A DNA stretch of 61,523 nt, filler included, from Platydemus manokwari (lineage: Eukaryota), in the NCBI GenBank assembly GCA_037951405.1. It is 5 parts of 5 records of this genome, joined end to end, with 100 filler letters (N's around TTAATTAATTAA, not from the genome) between each part and the next. Parts side by side here need not be neighbours in the genome. Positions count along the whole stretch, not along the records: positions 1 to 18,514 come from JBBMOY010333336.1; positions 18,615 to 30,539 come from JBBMOY010388889.1; 3 more parts are not named here. One strand, written 5' to 3'. Position numbers and translations under genes: made by a program. This document shows, one piece after another, positions 14,104 through 27,824 of the stretch (position 1 is the first letter of the stretch; each line of letters starts with the position of its first letter). The notes under the pieces are model-generated. The model was given only the letters and a program-made list of their open reading frames with translations. It was not told the DNA's origin and ran no database searches.

Positions 14104-17100
14104 TTTGGATTAAGTAAAAATTATCCAGCCGCTAATTTCGAGAATTTCTAAACTTAATATAAATATGCACGTAAATAAATATACAACAAGCAAAGATTTT
14201 TCATATTTTGCTAGAGCGGTTTCAGAATAATTGTATTGTTTTTTTTTAATACAGTAAAATAATCAATAAATTGACCCAATATTGAATCAAATGCCCAGTG
14301 AAAACAAAATAAGAAGTTCAACTCACAAAGTATATATATATATATAAATTATAAAGTTAAGTGCTGCACCAGCACATGTAACATTGCATGTTTACATGGA
14401 TTGACATAAATAAGCAACCTCATTATCCAAATATAAATTCGCTCCTCTAAACTACTAAAATCAAGAGAACTTGAGTGGGTTCTGATTAATAATCCACGAG
14501 ATTCATTGCAGGGGATCTACATTTAAATTACCTCTCTTTCATTATACACATAATGACTGAACACTAAACTAATCGAGCACCAATAACAGAATTTTATTGA
14601 AACCAAATTCTAGTCTTCATCATAGTACTGAGAATTTCATCACTGACATAATAATCATTTAATTGTTATCTTTGTTAGGGCGGTCCGGGAAATAATCGAT
14701 AGAACAATATCTGAATTTTTTGTCAGTCAATATCGTACGATTGCTGTTAAATCACCAAAACACAATAACTCTCAACAAAGAGATTTTTACAGAATACAAT
14801 TGCTGCGTAATGAAATGATAACTTATTATTATTTTATCAGCAATTTTATCGGTGATAAATCACACTGATAATTTTGAAAGTAGCTCCATGCAATCTCATC
14901 AGTTGAAAAAATATCAAATAGATAATTGATAATCACACCATAGGTACTGAAATCAATTCCTTGTTAAACCAATATAATTAGAGGAATTTTCAGACTTACG
15001 CTGTGAGAATTGGGAATGATTTTAGAAATATTTCATGAGATATTATTTTGAAAAATAAATGAGTTATTTCTCAGAAGATGGGCTATACCAATTGCTTAGA
15101 AAGGATTCAGATTGTGAAGAAAAAGAAAAATACAATTCGTTGGAGAGAATACTTTTCATCAGGAACGATTTTCATACAAAGATTCGCACACAGAATGAAA
15201 TTATAAATTCTGAACTTGAAAATATTCAGTTTTTTGTCTTACTTTTAAAAGTCTCACCCACTGAATACGCTAAAACATGTTTGTAAACCGAGGAAAACCA
15301 ATTGTCGATTGTTAGTCATAACCGAAATAATAACTGGATAGGTTGAAACATTAGATAATCATGCCATTAATCGATAATGGAACATAAACAAACCAATGTA
15401 TAGTATGGATCTATGCTAGAATAGAGTAGCAGGGAGCTATTTCAGGAACCGTTAGTAAATTTTTTAAAGTTAGGATAGGATGACGTAACGAATATTTGTG
15501 TATGGATTTTGATTGATTGAGTCCTATCACCCTTAGCAATTGGACAATCAATCCACCAATCAGATAGTTGTGATTGGTTTATAATACCCTTTGGATGAAA
15601 GAATCTTCTATTATCAATTTAAAAAATGTTATTATAAGAGAATATAAGAGAACAAAGAATTCAAAAAAATAGTAAATTTTGCATAATGTGCTCAGAAATA
15701 ATAACTTATGGTGTTACCGTTTATTGACAAAAAAGCTGGTTCGAGAAAATTAATAGACTTCTCATTGTCTATGAACCAAATCATCAAAAACAAAATGATA
15801 TACTCAAACCCAAAAACTAATGATTATAAGAAAGTGGATTTGAAGTCAGGCGCAAATCACGATTTGACTTCAACGAAGAAAGAAAACAAAAAGGAATTAA
15901 TAGCGAAGAATCAGTTTTATGCAGTGTCGAATAAAAATAATTTGTTTTCAATTTTCATCACATATATGGTTTTATTGTTTGTATTGTCTACGTTGTGTTT
16001 CGCTTTCAAAACAAATCGCTATAATCGATCTTTTCAAAGGTTATCAAAATGATATTTTTATTGTTTTTCCGACTGAAGCCTTTCCTTTGATCAGTGATTT
16101 GAGAATTCTCGGAAATGAAAATCTTTAATACCGTTAATGTCGACTTAGTGTCAACATGAGAAATGAGACATTATTTTGTTGATTTGATTGGGACTAGTTT
16201 TAATACTATTGAGTCATATGAACTGATTATCGATATGGATAAACAGGAGTAGTAATTTTGTAGAAGATTTGTTAGAGATTTTAATGTTTATTGTTCACGA
16301 ATTACGGATGCCATATTCATCTTATTTCTTCACACTAAGTCTGTTGAATGTTGTATCATAATGAGGGAAATATTTGAGAAATAAATTTGAAGTCAAGCAA
16401 AAATAATTGATAATTTTTTTTGACTTCAGCATTTTAGTACCATTTCGATCTATTTTGTTAACAACATTCATTACGAGTTTAAAAGTCGAATTTTTGTAAA
16501 AATTAAATGAGATGAATATCCAGGCCATGTGAAATAATCAACATCAAACCAAGTAAACTGAATTTCTTGAGAAATTATATCACTATATTCACACAGGATA
16601 ATAAACAAATCACAATCAAGATTATAAATCGGCTTAAATTAAGAAAAGGGTTCATTTGACCTAATTTTAGTGTAATGATTTATCGTGTATTATTTAATTT
16701 CCAAATTTATTTATAATGATATATTTTTTTAATCATATTTGGACTTGAAATTCAATTTTAGATGACAAAGAATAAACGCAGAGAAATTCGACTTTGAAAT
16801 AGAAAGAAAAAAACATCAAAAAATCATCAAATTTTATATAATTGTAAATTTTTATGAATATTTGTGAAAATTGATTTATTTGATGATAGAATTATAAACC
16901 AAGTTCCTGGTATAATTACAACTCTTCTATATCAGTTTCGGAGTTCTTGAATTCTTAATTATAAATCGAGTTAGTTAATTACATACATATTTAATAATAC
17001 CATCGCTTATTTTTATAAAATAATTGTAAAAATTAAGAATATCTCTCAATTTCCTAATCATTTTACAAAAGGCGTCCTCACTAATTTTCAATAAATTTCA

Positions 17101-18514
17101 ATTTGATTTACTTTGATCCGTTTTATAAATAATCAAATCTTAAAAGATATTGAAGCCCTAGTGGATTTAAAATTTGACTTCAAACAACTAAAATTCTTTT
17201 CAAGAAATTAAATTAAAAATTCATATTATAAATTCATATCTCCAATCAATGTGAATTCTATTGCTGGAAACATTCAGATGACTTGTTATGTGTCGGCTTG
17301 TATTTGGATAATTTGAATGTAATCCATTCAACACTCAAATCATCTTTCTCTGCCGTGCAATTTGATAATGTTATCCTCGAAAACTTCTGGTCACAAGGCT
17401 AAGATAATTCCATCAACATTAGAACAACTATTTCATGTAGTTTTTCGACCTAAAATCAATTGTCAGAAAATTCCAACAATTTCCAATATTTTCCTGTAAA
17501 ACTATTGAAAATATTACTTCCAAAATTTGTTATCAAGCCAGCTGAATTTATAATTGGTAGAAAATGAACCTCTTTCACAATTGATCAGTGTAACTAAACG
17601 ATTAGAGTAAATTGTTTGAATGGGCTATTTATGTATTTCGCAGATTTTCCGAAACATGTATGTCGCTTGAAGCATTTTCCCGAAAAGTGTCTCGCAAAAA
17701 GCCAGTCATGGGCAGAGACAGGTTAATCATCAAAGCACTATAAAATATCTGTCATTATAAACAACTCGATCCTATTTGACACATAATTACCTGAAATTGT
17801 TCATCAATGGCCACTTGTACAGAAATATAGAAGTCTCCAACAACTTCAACAATATTTACTGTTTATTTATATTATAATGAGTTAATGACATTCTTTATTA
17901 ATGGCCCTTTGTTACCAATTTAAAGCTGTAGAATTATCGATTCTGCCATCATAAAATAAATCAATTTCCGACTTTTATTCATTAGCACATCGATCGGAAT
18001 ATCATTAAAATTTATATCTTTGATATCGAACATTTTTTACCTATCAATGCTATAAAAATAGATGGAGCGGCAAATCTAATAATATTAACAACCATTGATA
18101 ATTTTACATGGGGACCCGAAGAAATTTTAAGTATAATTAGCTAGGCAATCAAATTTTATAGCTAATTTATGATCACGCCACTTTTCAACGACATGGAAGC
18201 TTCATTTATCAAATCTTTATTAAATTTTCGATGTATAAGCAGCAGCAATATTGATCAATATCATTCAGATATTGATTGATGAGCGATATGAAAATAATTT
18301 TTCTCAAAATCTCAATCATGAAAATCATTATGAATATTTTCTGAAAAATATATTTATTTTAATATTACTTATTTTAAATCGAAAACGATATCACAGCGGG
18401 AAGCTATAATGGAACCAGCAATTTCCCACAACGAGAGAATAGTGGACTGGTGAATTAGAGATTACATCCGAAATTGACAGATAGAAATGACCACGAAGTA
18501 AATCTATCCGTGGA

Positions 18515-18614
18515 NNNNNNNNNNNNNNNNNNNNNNNNNNNNNNNNNNNNNNNNNNNNTTAATTAATTAANNNNNNNNNNNNNNNNNNNNNNNNNNNNNN
18601 NNNNNNNNNNNNNN
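18515..18614. other. Synthetic contig-joining spacer N44-TTAATTAATTAA-N44
   Basis: Exactly 100 bp; the core puts stop codons in all six frames; repeated identically four times in the window. Confidence 0.97.
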
Positions 18615-18638
18615 ATATATAACTTAAAAATTTTTAAG

Positions 18639-21600
18639 AGTAATCCACATTACGAAGATAATTTAAATTCCGATTCGAAGAAGACAAAATTTCAAGCCCC
18701 ACCTCCACCGACAAGAAATGATAACACGTCATTAAGTTTCACTCCTAACAAAAATGATCGAATAATGGTAATTAAACTAAATTTCAATTAATTAAATAAC
18801 TCAAGTTTTATATACTCTATACAAGCTTCCATGTGATATGAACAGTAAAATCGAACAACCACAACTTTTTCCAAGTAAAATTCCTGCAGAAACACCGAAT
18901 ATTGGAAATAATTACTTCGAAGAATCTGTCATAAAAAGTATTTATATACTGAAATACCAGTTTTATTTGTTTACTTGGTTGTAGGACAATCAAGGCCATA
19001 TATTCCTCCTCCAGATTATAATTCAGAATCAGATATTAAATCGAAATTTTCAGTTGAAAAAAAATTATCTGGCGGACATAATTCGAATGAATATGCTGCT
19101 CTACCTCCTCCACCTCCACCTCCACCACCTCCACCACCCCCATCATTTACCCCACCGACTCTAAATAATTTCAAAAGTAAGTGAATTGAGATTATTCATA
19201 AATTGAAGACAAAATAAATTGCTATTGATTCATCAATTTTGTTATTAATAAGAATTATTAAATAATTTACTACAACTCATATATGTATTATGTGTGTGTG
19301 TGTGTATTTCAAATCAGTTCATAATTTTTAAGAATTGATTTCTGAAATTAGGATTGAAATTATCAACCGTTGAAAGGACCTTTCCAATCCGCAGGCTGTT
19401 TTTTGGAGGTCAAAATTATTGTATTTTTCAAATTTCATTTGAGAACTACTTTGATTGGCTAAAAATATTGGCACATAATAAAATTTTTAACCAATAAAGA
19501 GATAGACTTAGAAAGTTCTTTGAAATTGAATAGTTTTTATAACTGTGTCCCCTCTAAATTTTATATGATACTTAGTAACAGTATTATTTATTTAATGACA
19601 CCAAATGAAGAGTGGTGTTAATTGATCTATTTTAAAAATACTTATAACAATGGTTATGATAGAAATAAAGTAGCTTCAATCAATAATTTCACATAAATAA
19701 CTGTTTTAACCCATTAAAACCCATTATCTATACTGTCTTCTAAATTTCCTCACTTGAACCATTAAAATTGAGGTCAATATTTCATTTTGAAAAAATCAGA
19801 ATTGTATTATTTTTTACTTTCCAGTATTTTAATAAATATGATGTTAAAATATTACACTAGATTCGAGTTATATTACCCAGTTGACAAAATTATTTGACAT
19901 TGTCTGTTTTACATTAAAAATCTTTTTACTTTTAAAGTTCTTTCACTTGTTATTATTATCGATTGTATTTTACTTTTAGTATTTATATTATCTTATTACA
20001 GAAGAATTCGCTTAATATTACATTAACTGGGGGTTTGTTCATCTTGCGCGCTAGTAATTTATTTCGTTTGATATCGCTAAAAATTCCAAGTATTTGTTTT
20101 TTTTTAAAATTTCAACATCAATATAATAAATTTTGTTGAAAAAAGTACTACGCTATTCTTCCTAGAAAAAGTAACCATTTCTAGTTGACTGGTGGACAAA
20201 ATTCCATTCTAGTTCGAGATTAATCGAAAATATCCCATCTTTTTCAATTATCTTAATTTCTTTTTTAATAAACTCGGTGATAAATGGTAACTGATTTCAA
20301 CTGTATTTTAATAAATAATGTTACAATATAATTAAATTGACAATATTTCATGTTATTTAAAAAATGTCAAAAATTTTGTTTGCCTTTTATTGGAATTAAA
20401 AAAATCCTGACTTCACATCTTTTCGACTTAGTAATTCTTTCTTCATAGTGAAGTGTTCCTAGTTATTGTTTATCTATATTGATAAAATTATTGATAAAAT
20501 CTATTTAAGTCACATAGATATTATATATGGCATTGGTCACTTCAAAAAATGATGATTGCCACGAATTGAATGTTTGGATGATATTTATATTATATACTAG
20601 CTAGTCTGAGTTGATGCTAATATATATACGATAATTAATTCACTTAAAAATATTTATTATTCAAATTTTATTACATATTGTAAGTTCATTAATATTCAAG
20701 TTTTAAAAACAATAATTGGAAATAAATGATTATTTCGGTGCAACGATGATTTTTTTTGGAAAATGAAATAAATTTTATATATTTAATATCATTTGCTATA
20801 ATTATCACACCAATACATTTTTGAACATGTCCAAAAAACGATTGATTGATATGAGTTATATCACATTATAAGAAATATAAATTGATTTAATAAATAAATA
20901 TTCTGCCAACTATTATTGCACTTACTTTTTTCAAGTTTCTAATTTGATGTAAAGATTTTACTAAATTAATGAGTCAATTATTTTTTTGAACAACTTCATA
21001 CATAGCGTTTACATTAAATTATTGGCATATCCCAAACCTGTGCCAAAATATCCAATATCATCTTGAATCTTGAATATTTCCAATGTATAGAAAGTGAAAA
21101 TTACTTCGTTCGTAATTAGGATTGATCTGCTACATAACCATGACCTTGAAATCGGTAAAATTTGATATCTACATGAACTCTGCTAGGTTTTTATTGTCTG
21201 ACATTCTAATTTGACCAATAAATGTAACCTGGAGTCAAACATCTCTAATATGAACACAGACCAATATGACCATATCAAAAATTATTGAAGACTGCCAGTC
21301 ATAAAAATTCATTTTTCAACACGAGCATTGTTAATTATGAACAGTGTGCATTAGTTTGTATAAAATAAAACATTAAATTACTTTTTTTATTTAAATATTA
21401 ATTGTCTTCTGTGATGAAAATCAGAAATATAAAACTAAAACTCAAGAGAAATTATTTAACCATTGAAGAAAAATAGAATTTATTAAAATTATTTGATGAA
21501 GATCAAGGCTGTTCTCAACGCTCTCTTTTATCAAAATATAATCATCCAATTGGTTGCATAAATTTTGTTTATTATTACTGTTATACTATTAATCAATGTT

Positions 21601-22350
21601 TAATAGAAAATAATCTATATAAATTATTATTGAAATATTTTGTAATAAATATTGTGTAATTTTTGAAATTTAATTGTGATTGTTGTCATCAATTTTTATC
21701 ATCAAATTTTAGACTCCATGCCAAACAACCTAAATCTCATTAAAGAACTACCAAATGTTTCCTTGAAAAATGTTTCACAAAGTATTACGTCGAATAGCAA
21801 TCATAGTACCGATCATAGTGAAGCTTTAAAATTTGCAGTTTTAAATCATCGCAGAAAAATTGAAGATGGAGATTCTGTACCTAACAATATTGACGAAAAA
21901 TTAAAGGAAAATAAGGTAGGCAACAAAAGTCTAATATTTGAAGCTAGCGCTTCACAAAATCATGAAAACAAAAAGCAATTAACGCCTGCTGATTGCACTG
22001 CAAAAAAAATTGATTTTAACGAAAACCAACACATATCTAGTAATGTATCAAAAAATGTAAGAACGTTTAGTATAATAATATATTAAATTTTGTTATTTTA
22101 TGATTTTTTGCTTGTCTAGCCAATTATTTATCCAAAGCCAAACACTCAATTCTTCACTTCAACCGGTAATGCTAAAACCAATTGCAGTATATCTCATACA
22201 GCATTGTCACCGAACACAAATGGGAACGAAAGCGTATCAGATAATGTCGAAGTTAATTTAAGACTTAAAGCTGAAAATTTACGTTCCAATCTTTTAAAAA
22301 AAGAGCAAGAAAATAAGAAAGGGTCACTTTATTTTACAACTGAAAAATAA
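18639..22350 (+). CDS. 3' exons of an unidentified proline-rich protein with a WH2-like motif (candidate actin/SH3 scaffold); 5' part lost at the spacer
   Basis: Phase-consistent GT-AG exons: 18639-18767 (FQAPPPPTRN), 18826-18937, 18984-19177 (RPYIPPPDY, 13-Pro run), 21713-22056 (NLIKELPNVSLKNV; HSEALKFAVLNHRRKIE), 22120-22350 (ends SLYFTTEK*). Confidence 0.82.
21414..21563 (+). mobile_element. Tigger/pogo transposase N-terminal HTH remnant inside an intron
   Basis: MKIRNIKLKLKRNYLTIEEK*NLLKLFDEDQGCSQRSLLSKYNHPIGCI fits the KR..LT.EEK...SQR.L..KY CENP-B/psq-type HTH pattern; one stop codon. Confidence 0.6.
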
Positions 22351-23699
22351 ACTCTGAACATTAAATTGTGATTTTGATTAACGAAGATTTGATTTACGAA
22401 ATTTTCAAAGATTGAAAGTACTATGTTTTTCACTATTTTGGATTTAAATACTAATATCACATGTTTATTGTGTTTAATGTTTTTAGATTTACTATTTCAT
22501 CTAATTTTATTGAATGTTTTCAATAAATCATCTGATTTTATAATAATCAATTTTTTAAGTGTAAATTTTATTTTATTAGTTTGATTTGAAATATTTTTTG
22601 GAAAAGATATGCCGAAAATATTTATAGTCAATGCTTGTAATAATATTGATGACTGCTTACTTTTGGAATTAAAGATTATCAATCTTTTCAAATCATACAA
22701 ACCTGAATTTTTTTTATTCTGCTTATTATGATTGATAAACTACCATTGCAATGATACTAGTATTTGGCATAATAAACAAAAGTTAAATAATAATAACGTT
22801 CTATTATAATTATCAAAAAGTCAAGTCAATAGACAAACCTAAAACTACAAAGAATAAATCGATTCATAATACACCACGAGATCAGCACTCAGAAGATTAA
22901 ATCCAAAGTAAAAATCAACATACGACAAAGACTTATGAAGTCTGTAGACGCGTTTCTTTTATGAGTTAAAAATTGATGGTTATTCTAGTGTTTGGTTTTT
23001 ATTTGATTTGAATCATTCATTGTAGACATTTTGTATTTTGCGAATAATTTTATGGCTAAATATAAAATTGATAAATATAATTGGTAATACTCCAATTGGT
23101 GACTAACAATTATGTGGATTCTAATCGTTTATGTCCCTTTTTATGTGTAAGGAATAGTACAAATCTCTTAAGAAAAAGTCCTACACTAACTACAAATAAA
23201 ATAATCTCAATTTAGGTTTAAAAAATAACTACAAAATTCTTTAATATTGACCAAAGAATAAATTAATTGAGAAAATCATTTTAAAATAAAAACTTAGGTT
23301 TATGGGTAACATTTAACTTTGATTATATTTTTCAGTAGTCCGGGATTTTTTAGAATTTATCATACGTTGTAGAAAAAAAACATCTTTTCAAAAATTTTAA
23401 TATATATTTTTGGTTAATGTTAAAATTGGACAAATATTCGAAAAAAATACGATTTTAAAGTTGAGAGAAAACTTATAAATTACAATTATCAAAACAAAAT
23501 ATTCTGAGATATCCAAACGATTAGTGCGTTAAAATGTTTGTATTCCTTTACCAAATATTCTAATATAATTTGTTGAAAATCCGCTGAGATTTACACAGTA
23601 CAAAACATATCTGATCACTGTGTTTTTCATAAATTTTTTATTTTATGGAAAATAAACTTTCCCCGGAATTTAAACCTTTTGTATAATCTATTATATCAC

Positions 23700-25700
23700 A
23701 TAATAGGTTTTCGTTTGTATGGGAGTTCGTGTAGTCACGAGAAGGTGGGTTGCCTGACCAAAGGCAGCACCCTTGACGAGAATTGAGCTTGTCCAATCAA
23801 AAGGTTTGAGCTCAGAAGCTAGAAGGGTACTGACTCCAAACTAATCAAACGAAAGATAAAAAATTGGATGAAGAGCGGACTGGTCAACCGGTTTCTTGGA
23901 AATTGAATTGAGAGTTCCCTTGAGTATTGGCATATTAAGTAATATACAACAGCTCTGAATCATCACTATCTGTTCTGCCCAAGCACTCGAAAGTGGTGAC
24001 GATCTGAACGTTCAACAATCCCTGTTTAGCCTTAAGATCGGAATTGGGACTTCCAGATTCTTCGGGAATTATGATAACTGTACTCTGTTTTGCCAAGGTC
24101 TCGAGAACAGTTTTTCCCACAATAGAATACATAGTTACAGTATATTGGGGTTTATACTGCTTAACCATCTCACATACTGGGGCATAGTAGGCAAGGTTAT
24201 TTTCGTCCGCTTGTACCATGAGTCGATAGAGCTAAGTCTCATTTACATTTACCATCATATCCGGTGAGTTAATAAATTGATGAACAAGTCTCAAACAGCA
24301 AACAATAAGAGTCATGCATGCCACACATGATTGTAGCACATGTGTTATCGACTCTACGTCGACAAAACATCGACGGCATCTTCGTTTAAGTGGGTCTTTT
24401 TCGAAGGCACAAGCATTCCCGAGCAAGATGTTTAGCCTGACCTGATGTACAAATCAACAAGCAAAGCATGTTATCTGATTTTATTGATTTTCATATTATT
24501 GCCAGTAAACATGAGTAACCACTTTGCAGCCATTTGAGTAAATATGAGTCTCTAAGTGCCATGTGAAGTATATGCGTTACTTGACATTTACTACTCTCGA
24601 CGATAACTTGGGTGTGATAAACATCATTGTTCATAAATGTAGAACCCTTATTTTTGACCAATTCAAATTATAATACTATCCAGTGGCTTATCTTAAAGTA
24701 GTTGATTGCTCTAACCACTGGTAACCACCAGGTTTTCTTAGAATCTGTACATCGGTCTAGAATAATAGTGCCGCTTAGTTATTTCTATGGATAGCCTAAA
24801 GAGTTGATTTGGTCATTGAATCTAGATCTAGAGGGTATGAACAAGCCTGTTCTAATGATATACTGGAGTTTAAGATCAGGGGGATTGATCAGTTTAACAG
24901 CCTGATCTGTTGAAGATGATACTCGTCCAGCAGATCCCACAGACCAGTTCCCTATGCAATCCATCCATATAGAGATAGCATTTATCAGAATAAAACAGGA
25001 TAAATTTTTAACAATCTCTCTAAAACAGGAAGTCAAATTGCCTGATACAACAGACTTTTTCGACCCTTTAGGTGCTCTTAATGAACACATTTTAATCTTC
25101 CTAGTTTGGATGCTGTAGATGAGAGTTGAAAATAGAATGCCTTTGATTGCATCTATTTTCTGATGGCCACGCAGATCAGAGCCAGCAGGAATTTCTGGAG
25201 TGCCGAATATGGAGTTTGGTCATTCTCAAATTCGAAAGGTACCCCCATATATTGTTAAAATTCACCAGGTGCGAGTTTATGGATCAGTTGCAGATTTATT
25301 TTCACTACTTGTGAATTTCCTTCTACAAATGTTAAACATAAGTAAGCACATTTCTGTGACTGGAATACGAAATTGCACTTTTTTGCTAGATTCGATAGCA
25401 TATCTAGTAAATATTGAAAGTCGTTTTCAGATCTCTCCATGCCAGCAATGTTATCAGTTTAAGCAAGCACCAATATTCTTTTTCCATAGATTTCAAAGGG
25501 TACTACGTCAGCCGAATCAATCGCTACCAGTATTGGGTTAATAACCAATATGAAGAGAACCATGGAAAGAGGGTAACTCTGCTTTGCTCCTAGTTCAGGT
25601 GGTATTTCTCTCGTAACAGTGTCGAAGAACTTGCAATAAGCGGCTACGTTCGTATAGATATCCTTGATGATTGTGTAGGGAACTAACCGGGCCATTTTGA
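23700..25700 (-). mobile_element. 5'-truncated, decayed RLE-encoding non-LTR retrotransposon (R2/R4/NeSL-like)
   Basis: Motifs in order on the minus strand: GAKQSYPLSMVLF (RT GVKQGDPLSP), ILVLA*TDNIA (LAYADD), KC, IYGVPF (YLG region), RLNILL...CRRCFVDVESITHVLQSC (CCHC knuckle), PDMMV (RLE PD motif), then a more GC-rich 3' UTR. Many stops and frameshifts. Confidence 0.88.
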
Positions 25701-26013
25701 CCCAACCAAATTAACCAAAAATAAATATAAATAGATATGAATTTTTTTTTTCAAAATAAGTCCCAATTTAAGAAAACAATAAGGTCAAAAATTATAAATT
25801 TATCATAAAAAATTAATATGTTTTAATAAATCAAAAATTATATTTGTTTGACTGCTCCAAATAGCTAAATTATAGTTTCGACCCCGAGGTCATTTGAAAA
25901 ACGATAGTACAGGGAAAAGGGCTATAAGAACACACACCCCAAAAAAAATTAAAAAAAAGATACACCCCTCTTTAAAAAGAAAATTTAAAAAAACATAACC
26001 CCCCTTTTTCAAA

Positions 26014-26130
26014 AATAATCAATAATAATAATAACAATAATAATAACAGTAATAATAATAGCAATAAATAATAATAACAATACTAATAATAATAACAATA
26101 CAACTAATAATAATAACACTAATAATAAAA
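26014..26130. repeat. Degenerate (AAT/AAC)n microsatellite
   Basis: Imperfect AATAATAAC runs. Confidence 0.85.
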
Positions 26131-26261
26131 CGATGTAAATTTTCGTAATACGCTACACCAGAGAAATGACATTAGTTCTATTAACCGCATTGGGCACAAG
26201 CTATACATGAGTTAAATGATAATTTTTTGGTGTTTATTTTAATGAGAAATGCTATAAATAG

Positions 26262-27678
26262 ATTCATAGCGATAGTTCAGCATCGATTGAGCTCATTCCA
26301 AATATTGAAGTGCCTCTTCACTTCAAAGATTTTGTAAGACTATTGGCTAATTTGAATTTTTAAATTTATGTTGGTTTATTTTGGTTTGTTAAAAACAAGC
26401 TTGAATATGATGGATTTTTTTTGACAATTTATCATTTCTCTAGTTAAATAGTGCTCGGTTTTCAGTGGGTCCTGAACCAGAGGTGAATTATTTGATGAAA
26501 TATCTTGCGCAAATTGATAAAATGGGAATCTTTTTAAGGTGTCATGGGAGACATTGAAACAACAGGAAATGATAACGGAGAAACAATCTTATGATTTCTT
26601 TTGTAAACAATGGCCCAATGTTCCGAAAACCGTCAAGAAAGAAAAGCGGCCATCAACAGATATTGCAGAAGATGATGTCGACAGACGTCAGTCACAGGAT
26701 TTAGTGGGCACAACTGAATATATATTAATCGATCTATTAATTGATTATATTTCAGGATGATACTTCCAAGCTCATTGTCGAAAGAGAAGATGAAGTTTCA
26801 CATAGAATGATAAAAAATTCTTCAGTATTTCTCGTCAAATGTCCAGCGAGAAAAATTCCGACATCTGAAATAATCGCCAGAGAAGAAGAGTCTGGCTGTT
26901 TATTTATTCCTGGATTTGTCGATAGTACGAGATATGGAGTATTTTCAGTGATAATGTTTTATCATGAATCTCTTTCAGTGACCTATTTCAACGAGAAACC
27001 ATTGAGAAACCTTGAAGAAGAAGGTCTTTATGTGGGTCGCAGACCTTTTCTGAACTCGGCCAATGAAAGACGGCTTGCATCGAGAATACAAAGGGAAAAT
27101 AAAATGGTAAAAAGGCGGAGATTTATTATTATTATTTTGGTTGTTGAATATTGTTTGGGACTGATTTAGGATTGGTTTGGAGAAGATGGACGAATAAAAA
27201 TCCTTCCAGATCCATTGAAGGAGATTCCATTTCGACCCTTGATGTGGAATGATCAATTTAATCCGATGCCAGAAACATTAAGAACAGAGAATCTGAAGGT
27301 ATTTCTAGAAATGGACATGATTACGTAATCACCATCATTATACATACATAATCGATTATAGGCGATTGTTCCATCCAATATGTACGAGCAAGTCGATAAT
27401 ACAGATCCTGATAATTCTTTTCAAATGATTATCAATCTTCATTCGTTGGAATTCAGTCATCATCATCTGTTCTCATTCGAGCACGTACTAGCTCAGCGAA
27501 TCAAACAGTTATTTATGGGTTACGACTATATAAGGCAACAGGAAGGATTGGATTTCTTTCAACAAAGGGTTTGACAATAATTTCGGAACATGATGTCATT
27601 TTATTTTTCATTTGTTTGCAGATTTTGACTTTGAAGCACGCTATTGGTCATTTGCAGGAAAAATTAAAAGTTCACCAG
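26262..27678 (+). CDS. CC2D2A: Coiled-coil and C2 domain-containing protein 2A (MKS6, ciliary transition zone); internal exons, cut by the N gap
   Basis: Phase-consistent exons 26262-26333, 26444-26482, 26539-26703, 26756-26924, 26979-27106, 27170-27298, 27362-27568, 27622-27678. The spliced protein has SYDFF, LFIP, RNLEEEGLYVGRRP, WFGEDGRIKILPDPLK and LEFSHHHLFSFEHVLAQRIKQLF, matching recalled human CC2D2A (EDEGLYTGVRP...WFGDDGRILALPNPIK...[22 protein letters not shown]). Confidence 0.92.
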
Positions 27679-27824
27679 NNNNNNNNNNNNNNNNNNNNNN
27701 NNNNNNNNNNNNNNNNNNNNNNNNNNNNNNNNNNNNNNNNNNNNNNNNNNNNNNNNNNNNNNNNNNNNNNNNNNNNNNNNNNNNNNNNNNNNNNNNNNNN
27801 NNNNNNNNNNNNNNNNNNNNNNNN
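27679..27824. other. Assembly gap (146 N)
   Basis: Plain N run without the linker core. Confidence 0.99.

Noticed and set aside
15708-16128. 114-aa and 69-aa plus-strand ORFs
   Set aside because: No recognisable motifs or splice support; compatible with chance or decayed repeat sequence.
18559-18570. TTAATTAATTAA as a biological motif (piggyBac TTAA target or homeodomain site)
   Set aside because: It is always centred in exactly 44+44 Ns, so it is an assembly linker.
25200-25541. Plus-strand 113-aa ORF
   Set aside because: Antisense to the retroelement RT region.
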